Source: Myxococcota bacterium
GTDB taxonomy: Bacteria > Myxococcota_A > Polyangia > Nannocystales > Nannocystaceae
DNA: 64,000 bases
Reading direction: 5' to 3'
Assembly: GCA_039194325.1 (NCBI GenBank)
Contig: JBCCWC010000001.1
Span: 128,001-192,000 of the forward strand
Below, piece by piece: positions 29,702 through 42,028 of the stretch (its first letter is position 1; the number at the start of each line of letters is the position of its first letter). A program made the translations under genes and the position numbers. The notes beneath the pieces were generated by a model that worked only from the letters and a program-made list of their open reading frames with translations, was not told the origin of the DNA and made no database searches.

Positions 29702-31414
29702 TCAGGACGAGTCGTCCTCGGAGCGCTCCGAGGGGCGGTAGTCCGCCAGTCGGATCACCCGTCCGCGGATCGGCCCGCCCACGCGCACCCGATCCCAGTA
29801 CACCTTGACCTCGGCCGGCTGGTCACCCAGCTCGCGGATCAGCCGGCTGCGGCGCTGGGCCGGAGAGTCGGCCGGCGGCTGCTCGATCGCCACGGCGACC
29901 TCCTGCTCGCTGACCAGGCGCGGGGCCAGACCTTCGGCCTCGAGCTGCGCGAGATAGCCCTGCGGCCCCAGCTGGTGCAGCTTGAGATCGATCGTCTTGC
30001 GCACCGCCCAGGGCTCGCCCTCACCCGAGGTCTCCAGCAAGAACTGCTTGGTCACCCAATCCACCCGGCCCACCTGCGATGCGCGATCCTGCTCGAGCCC
30101 GTCGAGGGTGCGCCCCCACAGCTCGACCAGCTCGGCGGCCTCGAGCGAGGGCGTGGGGCTTTGATGCACGAACTGGCGAGCACGCGCCCAGTAGCGCCGC
30201 TGCACCTCCAAGGCGGTGAGCGTCTCGTCGCCCCAGGTCACGGTCGCCCGCAGCGTCGGGTCGTCGATCACCGCGTGCAGGGCCAAGAGCGGCCGCCGCA
30301 GGCGAGGGAGATCGGACAGCACCCCGGCCTCCACCATGTCGAGCACCAGCGCGGTGGTGCCCACCTTGAGGTACTCGGCCACCTGGGTGACGTTGGAATC
30401 GGAGAGCCCGAGCTGAAGGCGCTGACGCCGGGCGAAGAGCGAGCCGAAGCGACGCCACCGAAACATGGCCAGGCCGATCATCGACTTGCACAGGTTGCCA
30501 CCGTCCCAGATGCAGCGATCCTCCGGGGCTACGCTACGCCGGCTCAGCCGCACCATGGCCGGACCCTTCTCCGACAACCCGAATCGACCATCGCGGTGGA
30601 GGGTGCCCGCCCCGGTGAGCACGGGCCGAGTGACCAAGAAGGGCATCGCCTGGCGACGCAAGCGGCCAAAGCCCACGGCGGCCGCCAGCCAGAAGAACGG
30701 CCGCATCACCGGCTCCCACAGCGCCCGCTCGATCATGGAGAACGGGCGCGCCAGCGTCCGCTCGAAGGCGAGGTCCGACGCCTCGCCAAACAAGCCCTCG
30801 AACAGCGCGCTGCGACGCACCCGTGACGACACCAGGCCCGACACACCCAGCAGGACCAACGACACAATCGCCAACAAGAGGGCCACCAAGGCCACGATCC
30901 ACGTTCCCAGGGTGCTCAGCAGGGCCACGGGCAGCAGCACCACCAGCCCACCCCGCCAGACCCCGAGCGCCAAGCCTCGGGCAAACTCGGCGTCGTAGCT
31001 CTCCTGGGCCCCGTAGATGTTGTCTTCGGCGTCGCGACAGTTCTTGCGAAGCGAGAGCCGGACCGGCCGCCCCTGCTGGGCCAAGTCGAGCTCGGCCAGG
31101 GGCAAAGAGCGCACGAGCAGGGCATCTTGAGCGCGCTGCATCAAGAGGGCAGCACCCGGACTGCGGCACTCGGCGGTCCCGCCCTCGACCAACCCGTCGC
31201 CACGCGCCCAAGGCAGCGACTCGTAGGAGATGCTGCCCCCGTTGACGAGGAAGATCTGTTGGAGCGACGCCTCTCCGGGCTGGGTGAGGATCTGCGCCTC
31301 GATCGCCTTGCGAATGGCCGCGTAGGCTTCGGCATTGGTCGCCGACCGCGGACCGTCACGCGGCGAGACCCCGATGGCGTACTCGGTCTCGAGACCCAGC
31401 AGGCGCCGCAGCAC
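29702..31414 (-). CDS. PafA/Dop-family (Pup-ligase-like) protein with a transmembrane insertion
   Basis: LGLETEY, FLVNGG, TAEC, KNCRD..YGAQESY, PFLVTRPVLTGAG, DSN..LKVGTTALVLDMVEAG, DWVTK; hydrophobic insert after ESY. Confidence 0.88.
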   Translation of the reverse strand: MLRRLLGLETEYAIGVSPRDGPRSATNAEAYAAIRKAIEAQILTQPGEASLQQIFLVNGGSISYESLPWARGDGLVEGGTAECRSPGAALLMQRAQDALLVRSLPLAELDLAQQGRPVRLSLRKNCRDAEDNIYGAQESYDAEFARGLALGVWRGGLVVLLPVALLSTLGTWIVALVALLLAIVSLVLLGVSGLVSSRVRRSALFEGLFGEASDLAFERTLARPFSMIERALWEPVMRPFFWLAAAVGFGRLRRQAMPFLVTRPVLTGAGTLHRDGRFGLSEKGPAMVRLSRRSVAPEDRCIWDGGNLCKSMIGLAMFRWRRFGSLFARRQRLQLGLSDSNVTQVAEYLKVGTTALVLDMVEAGVLSDLPRLRRPLLALHAVIDDPTLRATVTWGDETLTALEVQRRYWARARQFVHQSPTPSLEAAELVELWGRTLDGLEQDRASQVGRVDWVTKQFLLETSGEGEPWAVRKTIDLKLHQLGPQGYLAQLEAEGLAPRLVSEQEVAVAIEQPPADSPAQRRSRLIRELGDQPAEVKVYWDRVRVGGPIRGRVIRLADYRPSERSEDDSS

Positions 31415-31423
31415 GATGGCTCG

Positions 31424-31591
31424 CTACTCGCCGCCTTCGGGCACCACCGTCTCACGAAGGTACGGCTCGGCCTGTCCGCGAGCATCGTCTCGGATCCGAT
31501 CGGCAAGCTGCTCGATCCGCGGCCCCGGGTTGGGCTGGCGATCCTGCGGCTCGGAGGAGGAGGGCTCGAGCTTCTCGGCGACGCGCGTCAT
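31424..31591 (-). CDS. Pup/UBact-like small protein modifier ending in GGE
   Basis: MTRVAEKLEPSSSEPQDRQPNPGPRIEQLADRIRDDARGQAEPYLRETVVPEGGE; ends 9 nt before the PafA-like start. Alternative ATG at 31600. Confidence 0.78.
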   Translation of the reverse strand: MTRVAEKLEPSSSEPQDRQPNPGPRIEQLADRIRDDARGQAEPYLRETVVPEGGE

Positions 31592-31660
31592 AAACGCCAT
31601 CCTAACACTAGCCGTGCTCGAGCACGACCCGTGATGGCGATTACCCATCTAGCTGGCTGC

Positions 31661-31740
31661 CTGGCTGGCTGGAGCCCGGCCTGGCTGGCTGGAGCCCGGC
31701 CTGGCTGGCTGGAGCCCGGCCTGGCTGGCTGGGGCCCGCC
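31661..31740. repeat. 20-nt tandem repeat x~4 (CTGGCTGGCTGGAGCCCGGC)
   Basis: Three exact copies and one degenerate copy, no spacers. Confidence 0.92.
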
Positions 31741-31799
31741 CGGACTCCGGCCGGACCGCTGTCGTTCACCCCGCCCGTTGGTGCCCTATCGTAAACGCA

Positions 31800-32138
31800 G
31801 TGAGCGGAGACGAGCCCAGCCCTCAGACCAACCCCGGGACCACCCTCGCGTCCGGTTCCGAGCCCCGCCCCGACTCCGGTCCCGAGCCCAGCCTCAACGA
31901 GCAGCGAGCGCAACTGGCCGCGGTCTTACAAACCCTGGACGCTCGTCTCGTCGCGATGGCCAACGACGCCAACTACGCCGAGCCCGAGCTCGCCGCGGCG
32001 CTGGGTGAACTCCGAGCCCACATCGGTGACGCCGAGACGATGATGAGCCAGGCCAACGACGACGAGTTCCTCGACCGCCTCGAAGGAATCACCGACAACT
32101 TGAAGCGGTCGTTCGCCCGGCTCAAGGATCGACTCTAA
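31800..32138 (+). CDS. Hypothetical helical protein
   Basis: Pro-rich N-terminus, coiled-coil-like C-terminus. Confidence 0.55.
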   Translation: MSGDEPSPQTNPGTTLASGSEPRPDSGPEPSLNEQRAQLAAVLQTLDARLVAMANDANYAEPELAAALGELRAHIGDAETMMSQANDDEFLDRLEGITDNLKRSFARLKDRL

Positions 32139-32328
32139 AGACATAAGGCGGCGCCGGCGATGATCGCAGCGTGTCGACCTCGACCGAGTCCGTGGCGAGC
32201 CTCACTGCGCCGCCGCACGACCCTTCGAAGACGCACGCAGACCCGTGTGGCTCCACACGACGCCAACGGCTCGTAGACCCACTTAGCGCACGGCTGAGGG
32301 CGGTTTGGTCCTGCTAGCGTAATTGGTG

Positions 32329-34011
32329 ATGCAGCAGCCTGCCGGCTCGGTGCCCGTCGCGGTCGACTTCGAGGTCGAGCCCGAACACTACCGCCACTGG
32401 AAGGTCTCGTTCGACGGCCCGATCGCCCGGGTGACGATGGAGGTCGATCCCGAGGGAGGCCTGCGCGAGGGTTACGAGCTCAAGCTCAACTCCTACGACC
32501 TGGGGGTCGACATCGAGCTGGCCGACATCGTCCGACGCATGCGCTTCGAACATCCGCAGGTGCGGGTCGTCGTGCTGCGCTCCGGCATCGACCGGGTGTT
32601 CTGCGCCGGAGCCAACATCAACATGCTGGGTCAATCCACCCACGCATGGAAGGTCAACTTCTGCAAGTTCACCAACGAGACCCGCTGCGAGCTCGAAGAG
32701 GCCTGCAGCGCCAGCCAGCAGGTCTACGTGGCCGCCTGCAACGGCACCACCGCGGGGGGCGGCTACGAGCTGGCCCTGGCGTGCGAGGAGATCTACCTGC
32801 AAGACGACGGCAATTCGGCGGTGAGCCTGCCCGAGGTCCCGCTGCTGGGCGTGCTCCCGGGCACCGGAGGGCTCACCCGGCTGGTCGACAAGCGCAAGGT
32901 GCGTCGCGATCGCGCCGACGTGTTCTCCACCACCGCGGAGGGGCTCCGCGGCAAGAAGGCCAAGCAATGGCGCTTGGTCGACGAGATCTTCCCACGCTCC
33001 AAGTTCGACGAGAAGGTCGCGGCGCGGGCTCAGCACCTGGCGGGCCAAGCCGCCACCACGCTGGCGGCCGGGGAACGCAAGGGGGTCACACTGCCTCGGC
33101 TGGCCCCTACGATCGAGGAGGGCACGCGCCGCTACCGACACGTGACCCTAACGACCGATCCTTCCGCTCGCACCGCCTCGATCACCATCGTCGGGCCCAC
33201 GGCGGACGACGTGGCGCTGCTGCGCCAAGGGGCCGCGGCCGCTCACGACGCCGGGGCCGACCTGTGGGCGCTGCGGGCCTACCGTGAGCTGGACGACGCG
33301 CTGCTGCACCTTCGTATCAACTATCCGCAGCTGGGCCTGGTGTTGGTGCGCGCCGAGGGCGACGCCCAAGCGGTGCTCGACCACGACGCGGCGTTGGTCG
33401 CCATCCGCGACCATTGGTTCGCCCGCGAGGTGCTCTTGCACATGGGTCGGGTGCAGCGCCGCATGGACAACACCAGCCGCTCGTTCTTCGCGCTGGGTAA
33501 CGCGGGCACGGCCTTCGCGGGCAACCTGCTTGAGCTGGCCCTCGCCGCGGATCGCTTCTACCTGCTCGATGATCCCGACAACCCCGTCTCGGTCGGCATG
33601 AGCGAACTCAACGAGGGCGCCTTGCCCATGGCCCACGGTCTGACGCGCTTGCAGACCCATCTATACGGTGAGCCCGATTCGCTCGATGGCCTGATCGGTC
33701 GGCGTGCGCTACTGGATCCATCGGAGGCCGACGAGGCCGGGTTGGTCACCGTGTTGCTCGACGACATCGACTGGGACGACGACGTTCGCATCGCCATCGA
33801 GGAGCGGGTGAGCCTTTCGCCCGACGCGCTGACCGGCATGGAGCAGAACCTCCGCTTCGCCGGCCCCGAGACCCCCGAGAGCAAGATCTACGCGCGGCTC
33901 TCCGCGTGGCAGAACTGGATCTTCATCCGACCCAACGCTACGGGCCCCGAGGGGGCTCTCACCCTCTACGGCCGCCCTGAGCGTCCCAGCTTCGACTGGC
34001 AGCGAGTCTAG
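32329..34011 (+). CDS. boxC: 2,3-epoxybenzoyl-CoA dihydrolase
   Basis: YELKLNSYDLGVDIEL, KVNFCKFTNETR, SLPEVPLLGVLPGTGG, RLSAWQNWIF. Confidence 0.93.
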   Translation: MQQPAGSVPVAVDFEVEPEHYRHWKVSFDGPIARVTMEVDPEGGLREGYELKLNSYDLGVDIELADIVRRMRFEHPQVRVVVLRSGIDRVFCAGANINMLGQSTHAWKVNFCKFTNETRCELEEACSASQQVYVAACNGTTAGGGYELALACEEIYLQDDGNSAVSLPEVPLLGVLPGTGGLTRLVDKRKVRRDRADVFSTTAEGLRGKKAKQWRLVDEIFPRSKFDEKVAARAQHLAGQAATTLAAGERKGVTLPRLAPTIEEGTRRYRHVTLTTDPSARTASITIVGPTADDVALLRQGAAAAHDAGADLWALRAYRELDDALLHLRINYPQLGLVLVRAEGDAQAVLDHDAALVAIRDHWFAREVLLHMGRVQRRMDNTSRSFFALGNAGTAFAGNLLELALAADRFYLLDDPDNPVSVGMSELNEGALPMAHGLTRLQTHLYGEPDSLDGLIGRRALLDPSEADEAGLVTVLLDDIDWDDDVRIAIEERVSLSPDALTGMEQNLRFAGPETPESKIYARLSAWQNWIFIRPNATGPEGALTLYGRPERPSFDWQRV

Positions 34012-34044
34012 CCCTCGCCCTTACCCCCACTACCCGAGAGCACC

Positions 34045-35478
<1,434 letters not shown>

Positions 35479-35489
35479 GGCTATCGATG

Positions 35490-35535
35490 CCGAGGCCGGG
35501 TCGGGATGCGCGACGGCTGTCGCGCCCGGCCTCGG
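35490..35535 (+). terminator. GC-rich stem-loop after boxB
   Basis: CCGAGGCCGGG...CCCGGCCTCGG with inner GCGCGAC-GGCT-GTCGCGC; no strong U tract. Confidence 0.4.
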
Positions 35536-35908
35536 TCTTGCGCAAGCGGCACCCAGGATGGACGAGAACCGGGGTTTTATAGATCGGTCCATGGATCGGG
35601 CCATGCATGAAGGTTCTCCCCACATCAACGCAAAAAACCAACGGCAACTCCAACGAAGCGAATACGCGACCATCCTGACACCCACAGTCACCGTGGACCA
35701 ACCACATCGGTCAAACAGCGAGCATCTCCCGCCCGGACCCAAGAAAACGAAGATCCCCGCCACCCGGTAGGATCACCCGATCCCCGAGCCTCAGTTCCCG
35801 GTGTTCGGCTCCGCCAGAACATGACACTGTCGGACACCCGCCGGGTTCCCGTCACCTACCGACTCCCAATCGGTCACCTCGGGCCCCGACCCAAGCGCGG
35901 AGATCAAC

Positions 35909-37156
<1,248 letters not shown>

Positions 37157-37217
37157 CCGCCGAGCCGATCGCCACCGAGATCGCTCGGCTCACGCCGCGA
37201 AGGATCACAGGCGCGGC

Positions 37218-38738
37218 GTGAGCCCCGGGCCGCTGGTCGAGGAGGCCCGACCGGCGGCCTCGACGGCCGATCGGCGGGCGGTCTGCCCGTGGCCTCATAG
37301 CCCCAGGGCCCATGGCCCCATGGCCCCAGGCCACACCACCCCTTCGAAATCTCCGGGGCGAAGTAATAGGATCTTCGCCGTGCACCGGGCCCTCGGTCAA
37401 TTGCTGGCAGAGTCCGAGAGCGACGGCGGGCTCCACCGACGTCGATTTCTCGTGCTCGGCTGCCTGACCTGCGCCGGGCTCACCGCGGCCCTGTCCGGCG
37501 CGCGGCTGTTGCTGGAAGGGCCGAGCCCCGTCGCTGCCGTGCTGGCGGTCGTCGCGACCCTCTACATCATGGCGCCCGCCACCATGTGGCTGACACGCTC
37601 GACCACCATGCTGGCCTGGCTCTTCCCCGCCCTGGGGGCCCTGGGGATCGCGGCCATGGCCTCCGTGGAGGGCGGCTTGCTCTCCGAGGCCCTCTACTGG
37701 TTGCCCTTCACCCCGCTGATCGCCGTGCTCACCCGGGGGCTACGAGGCGCCGTGGTGATAGGAGCGCTGGCCCTCGCGATCTTGATCTCGCTGTGCGTCC
37801 TCGAGCTGAGCCGCTCCCCGCCCGATCCCGGCCCGACGCTCGAGCCCACCATGCTCTTGCTACGAACGATCGGCGTCGGAGGAGCGGCGATCTTCGGGGC
37901 CGCCCTGGCCGGGATCTGGGAGATCGACCGGCGCCAGCAGATCGCCGCGGTGACCCGAGCGCGTGAGATCGCCGAGGATGCCAACACGGCCAAGAGCCGC
38001 TTCTTGGCCTCCATGAGCCACGAGCTTCGAACCCCGCTCAACTCGATCCTGGGATTTTCCGCCGTGCTGCTCAAGAACCGGAGCGGCACGCTCGACGCGA
38101 CCAACCTCGATCACCTCGGGCGGATCAACAAGAACGGGCGCCGCCTGCTCTCGCTGGTCAACGACGTCCTCGACATGTCGCGGCTGGAGACCCAGCGGAT
38201 GAGCCTGGAGCTGGAGCCGGTGGCGCTCGCCGAGCTCATCGACGAGGTCGTCGACGACCTCTCGGCGCTGGTCACCGACAACCAGCAGCTGCTGGTGGAG
38301 ACCCCGTCCGTGCACCCGGTGATCGCCGACCGAGAGCGACTCGGACAGGTGCTGATCAACCTGGTGGGCAACGCGCTCAAGTTCACCCCCGAAGGGACGG
38401 TCCGCGTGATCCTGGTGTCCGAGCCCGAGCCCGAGAGCCCCGGCCAGGCCCTGCGGATCGACGTGGTCGACACCGGGATCGGCATCGAGCCCAAGCAGCA
38501 AGAGGCGATCTTCGAGCCCTTCCAGCAGGCCGACAAGGGGACCAGCCGCTCGTTCGAGGGCACGGGACTCGGGCTATCCATCGCCCGCACGATGTGCCGC
38601 CTGATGGGTTTCGACATCGTGGTGGTCAGCCAGCCCAGACGCGGATCGGTCTTCTCGATCGTGCTCTCGAACGAGGCCCCCATGCCCACGCTGCCCAGCC
38701 GCGAGCTGCGAGAGAGCTTCGAGCGAGCGCTGCCCTGA
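37218..38738 (+). CDS. Membrane sensor histidine kinase
   Basis: Multi-TM N-terminus; MSHELRTPL, NLVGNALKFT, DTGIG, GTGLGL. Start uncertain. Confidence 0.9.
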   Translation: MSPGPLVEEARPAASTADRRAVCPWPHSPRAHGPMAPGHTTPSKSPGRSNRIFAVHRALGQLLAESESDGGLHRRRFLVLGCLTCAGLTAALSGARLLLEGPSPVAAVLAVVATLYIMAPATMWLTRSTTMLAWLFPALGALGIAAMASVEGGLLSEALYWLPFTPLIAVLTRGLRGAVVIGALALAILISLCVLELSRSPPDPGPTLEPTMLLLRTIGVGGAAIFGAALAGIWEIDRRQQIAAVTRAREIAEDANTAKSRFLASMSHELRTPLNSILGFSAVLLKNRSGTLDATNLDHLGRINKNGRRLLSLVNDVLDMSRLETQRMSLELEPVALAELIDEVVDDLSALVTDNQQLLVETPSVHPVIADRERLGQVLINLVGNALKFTPEGTVRVILVSEPEPESPGQALRIDVVDTGIGIEPKQQEAIFEPFQQADKGTSRSFEGTGLGLSIARTMCRLMGFDIVVVSQPRRGSVFSIVLSNEAPMPTLPSRELRESFERALP

Positions 38739-38790
38739 TCGAGACAGGCACGAAACGCGGGCACAAGGCGGGCACGTCCGCGCGCCCCCC

Positions 38791-39804
38791 TCAGTCGCTC
38801 GCCTCCTCGACGAAGACATTGAAGGACTTGCCGCGCCGCGCGAAATCCCGGTAACTGCCGCGGACGTCCAGCAGGCCGATCGCCTCGGTCGAGCGCCCGG
38901 GCGCCACGTTGAAGACCAACCGAGACACCGCCGTGAACGCACAATAAAGCCCGAGGCCGGCGCCGCCCGCCTTCTGGTCGATCTGCTCGGGCCCCCCCCG
39001 AAAGCACTTGGCCAGGTAGGCCAGGACCTTGTCGGCGGTGAGCGAGCCGTAGGGATCGCGGACGCTGACCGCAAGGTGGGTGCCGTCGAACGCCAGGCAC
39101 AGCTCGGCCTCGTCGTCGGCCGGTAGCGACACTTCGTCTCGGCGGGAGCGATGCTGGTGCAGCGGGCGACCACGGGGATCCCGAGGTGCGTTGTAAAGAG
39201 CGTTGGAGAGCAGCTCGCTCACCACGTTGCCGTATTGCATCACGATACGACGCAGGGCGTTGGCCTCCCGGGCGAACTCGATCGCGCTGCGCACCAGGGG
39301 CTCGATCTCGCCGGAGGAGCGTAGGGTCGAGCGCTGCACCTTGGCTCCCCAGGTCAAGTACTTCTCGACGGCGAAGGGATCGGCCCCCAGGAGCTTGCGG
39401 GCAGTCACGAGCAGCTCACCCCAGTCAAGCGCATGGTCGGAGGCGATGAAGTTCGTCAGGCCGATCCGCTGGAGCAGCAGGCCGAAGTGATCGGCCTGGC
39501 GAGGATCGGCGTAGAGCAGCACCTTGCCGCGCCGAGTGAGCTCGGGGAACGCCTCGACCAAGCACTCCCGGGAGCGCGAATCGAGCGGCTCGTAGTTGAC
39601 CAGCAGCAGGTCGAAGACCCCCTCGGCGGCCGCGGTCATCGAACCTTCTCGATACACGTCGCCCGTGATCGCCCTCATCACGCGCACGACGTCTCGGGCG
39701 CTCTGGGGGTCGCCGTCCATCACCACGATCCGAGGATCAGACGAAGGCGACGTCGCCGAGCGGATCGGAACCCCGCCCTCGGGGGCATGATCGGCCTCGA
39801 TCAT
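38791..39804 (-). CDS. Degenerate receiver-like + RsbW-like HATPase protein
   Basis: ELLSNALYNAP (N box), SVRDPYG (G1-like), GAGLGL (G2). Confidence 0.75.
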   Translation of the reverse strand: MIEADHAPEGGVPIRSATSPSSDPRIVVMDGDPQSARDVVRVMRAITGDVYREGSMTAAAEGVFDLLLVNYEPLDSRSRECLVEAFPELTRRGKVLLYADPRQADHFGLLLQRIGLTNFIASDHALDWGELLVTARKLLGADPFAVEKYLTWGAKVQRSTLRSSGEIEPLVRSAIEFAREANALRRIVMQYGNVVSELLSNALYNAPRDPRGRPLHQHRSRRDEVSLPADDEAELCLAFDGTHLAVSVRDPYGSLTADKVLAYLAKCFRGGPEQIDQKAGGAGLGLYCAFTAVSRLVFNVAPGRSTEAIGLLDVRGSYRDFARRGKSFNVFVEEASD

Positions 39805-39808
39805 CGCC

Positions 39809-42010
39809 TCAGTCCTCGTCCCTTCGCCGGCTCCGCCGCAAGCGCTCGACCGCGGTGCTCGGCCGCAGCTCGAGCTCGGAGGAGGCGACGGTGTATCGGT
39901 TGGTATCCTGGTGAGAGATCGTCCGTCGCGACTCATCGTGCTCGCCGTGCTCGTCGTGCCCGATACGCTGCCGACCGGTCCCGGCGAGGCGCTGCGACAG
40001 CGAGCCCGCGTTGTCTCGATCTTTGGCGGTGATCTCCAGCCAGCGGCTGAACTCGGTGGAGCCAGGTCGCGCCCCGATCTTCTCCAGGGCGAACTCGAGG
40101 TCACGCTGCATGTCGCGCGCCCAAACGTAGCGCCCGGCCGGCCGCCGCGTCAGCGCCCGGTCGACGATCTCCCCCACCACGGCCGGCACCTCCGGGCGAA
40201 AGTCGAGCACACGAGGTGGCGACTGCTCAGCCCACTCGAGCACCTCCTCGCCCGTCACCGGGCACGGCGGAGGGCGGCTATCGGTCAGAAGCTCGAAGAG
40301 CACGGCCCCCAAGCCGTAGATGTCGGTGCGAGGGGAGATCTTGCCCAGCGCGGGATGCAGCTGCTCGGGCGCCATGTAGGCCGGCGTTCCCCACACCGTC
40401 TCGGGAAGCGCCCCCTCGAAGTGCTGCAAGACCCGCGCGATCCCAAAGTCGGTCAGCTTGATCGCTCCACAGCGCGAGACCAGCACGTTGCGAGCAGATA
40501 CGTCACAGTGCACCACCGACTCGGGGTTGGACGCGGACACCATGGTGTGGGCCGCATGGAGACCAGCGGCCACCGCGGCCGCGATCCGCAGCGCGTGTAC
40601 GACGGGGAAGGGCCGTGACAGATCCTGGACCATCCCTCGCAGCTCGCGTAGGTCCCAACCGTCGACATACTCCATCGCGATGAAGTGGCGCCCGTCCCGA
40701 CGCCCGAGGTTGAAGATCTGGACCACGTTGGGGTGCCCGATCCGAGCGGCCAGCCGAGCTTCGCGCAAGAACATCGTCACCGCCCCCTGATCGGCGGTGA
40801 GCTCTTCGTGCAGCTGCTTGATCACCACCAACTTGCTGAACCCTTCCTCACCCCGCAGGCGAGCCAAGGAGACCTCGGCCATCCCGCCACCCCCTAGGCG
40901 GTCGACGATCTCGTAGCGCTCGTAGAACCCAGAGGAGCCGGGGCTCAGGGTGGTCGTGGCCTTGGCGACGAGATCCTCCAGGTACCGCGTGAGCGGCTCC
41001 GGGACAGCGCGATCGACCCGGGCCATCGCCGTCTTCACGGCGGTTGGATCGAGCGTCGGGGCCTCGGGGCTCCCGCAGCTACGACACCGAAACCCCGGTG
41101 AGAGCACGCCATCCAGCGCCTGCGCTCCCACGACGAACTCCAGCTCGCCGTCGCACTCACAGCATCGAGCGGGGACCAGCACGCTGGCCACGCGCCACCG
41201 CCCGGTGTCGTCGTGCTCCGCCAGCTGCGTGGCGATCTGCGGGGTGACGTGGGCAAAGTATACGGGGATGTCGATCGGTTCCAGCGCTCGCTGCAGCTGC
41301 ACCAGCCCCTCAGTGGTGCAGTCGGTCAACCCTCCCAGCAGCATCACCACGTCGCCCTCGACCCCGTCGACGACCCGACGCAGCCGCGCGCGCTCGTCCA
41401 GCGCGCCGGCCAGCCACACCGCGGTCACGGTGGTGCGCACCTCTTTTCGGATCGACAGCGGCGCGCGGAGCCGGCCCCCGATCGCGCAGGCGAGCACCCG
41501 CTGGATGTCCAGCGGCGGGTGAGGTTCCCCCTTCGACGTGACGTACGCAAAATAGGTCGAGGGGATGTCATCGAACTCGGCGACCTCGCGACAGCGAGGG
41601 CACTCCACCCGGGGCAGATTGCCAGCACGCACGTCCGCGCTACACACACGAAGATCGAGATGCTCTTCGATCTCTTCGCTGCACCGAGGGCACACGTACG
41701 GGGCGAACAAAGTGATCACGTCGCCGGAGCCGCCGAAGCCATGCACCGTGTTGAGCTGGGCCATGACCGTCGGCCGACAGCCGATCAGCCCCAGGTACGA
41801 CGCGGTCATGTCGCGCAGCGCTCGGATCCACTCACGTACCCCGAACGAGGTGATCCGATGGACCTCGGCGAGATCGACGATGACCGCGCCATGACCCGCG
41901 AGCCGGACGAACTCCTCGGGATCGAAGCTCTCGTCGATGACCCCCGACACCCGCAGGAGGTTGCCCCCCTGGAACTGTTGGCAGCTCAGTGTGACGCCCC
42001 GGCCCTCCAC
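39809..42010 (-). CDS. Ser/Thr kinase with two N-terminal STAS-like/Zn-ribbon modules
   Basis: VDLAEVHRITSFGV, CPRC..CPRC, second CCEC..CRSC; kinase LGGGGMAEV, HCDVSARN, DFG, YMAPE. Confidence 0.88.
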   Translation of the reverse strand: MEGRGVTLSCQQFQGGNLLRVSGVIDESFDPEEFVRLAGHGAVIVDLAEVHRITSFGVREWIRALRDMTASYLGLIGCRPTVMAQLNTVHGFGGSGDVITLFAPYVCPRCSEEIEEHLDLRVCSADVRAGNLPRVECPRCREVAEFDDIPSTYFAYVTSKGEPHPPLDIQRVLACAIGGRLRAPLSIRKEVRTTVTAVWLAGALDERARLRRVVDGVEGDVVMLLGGLTDCTTEGLVQLQRALEPIDIPVYFAHVTPQIATQLAEHDDTGRWRVASVLVPARCCECDGELEFVVGAQALDGVLSPGFRCRSCGSPEAPTLDPTAVKTAMARVDRAVPEPLTRYLEDLVAKATTTLSPGSSGFYERYEIVDRLGGGGMAEVSLARLRGEEGFSKLVVIKQLHEELTADQGAVTMFLREARLAARIGHPNVVQIFNLGRRDGRHFIAMEYVDGWDLRELRGMVQDLSRPFPVVHALRIAAAVAAGLHAAHTMVSASNPESVVHCDVSARNVLVSRCGAIKLTDFGIARVLQHFEGALPETVWGTPAYMAPEQLHPALGKISPRTDIYGLGAVLFELLTDSRPPPCPVTGEEVLEWAEQSPPRVLDFRPEVPAVVGEIVDRALTRRPAGRYVWARDMQRDLEFALEKIGARPGSTEFSRWLEITAKDRDNAGSLSQRLAGTGRQRIGHDEHGEHDESRRTISHQDTNRYTVASSELELRPSTAVERLRRSRRRDED

Positions 42011-42028
42011 TCGACCACCTACTCGGCC

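Noticed and set aside
31661..31740. Possible CRISPR array
   Set aside because: The repeats are contiguous with no unique spacers, and no cas genes are present.
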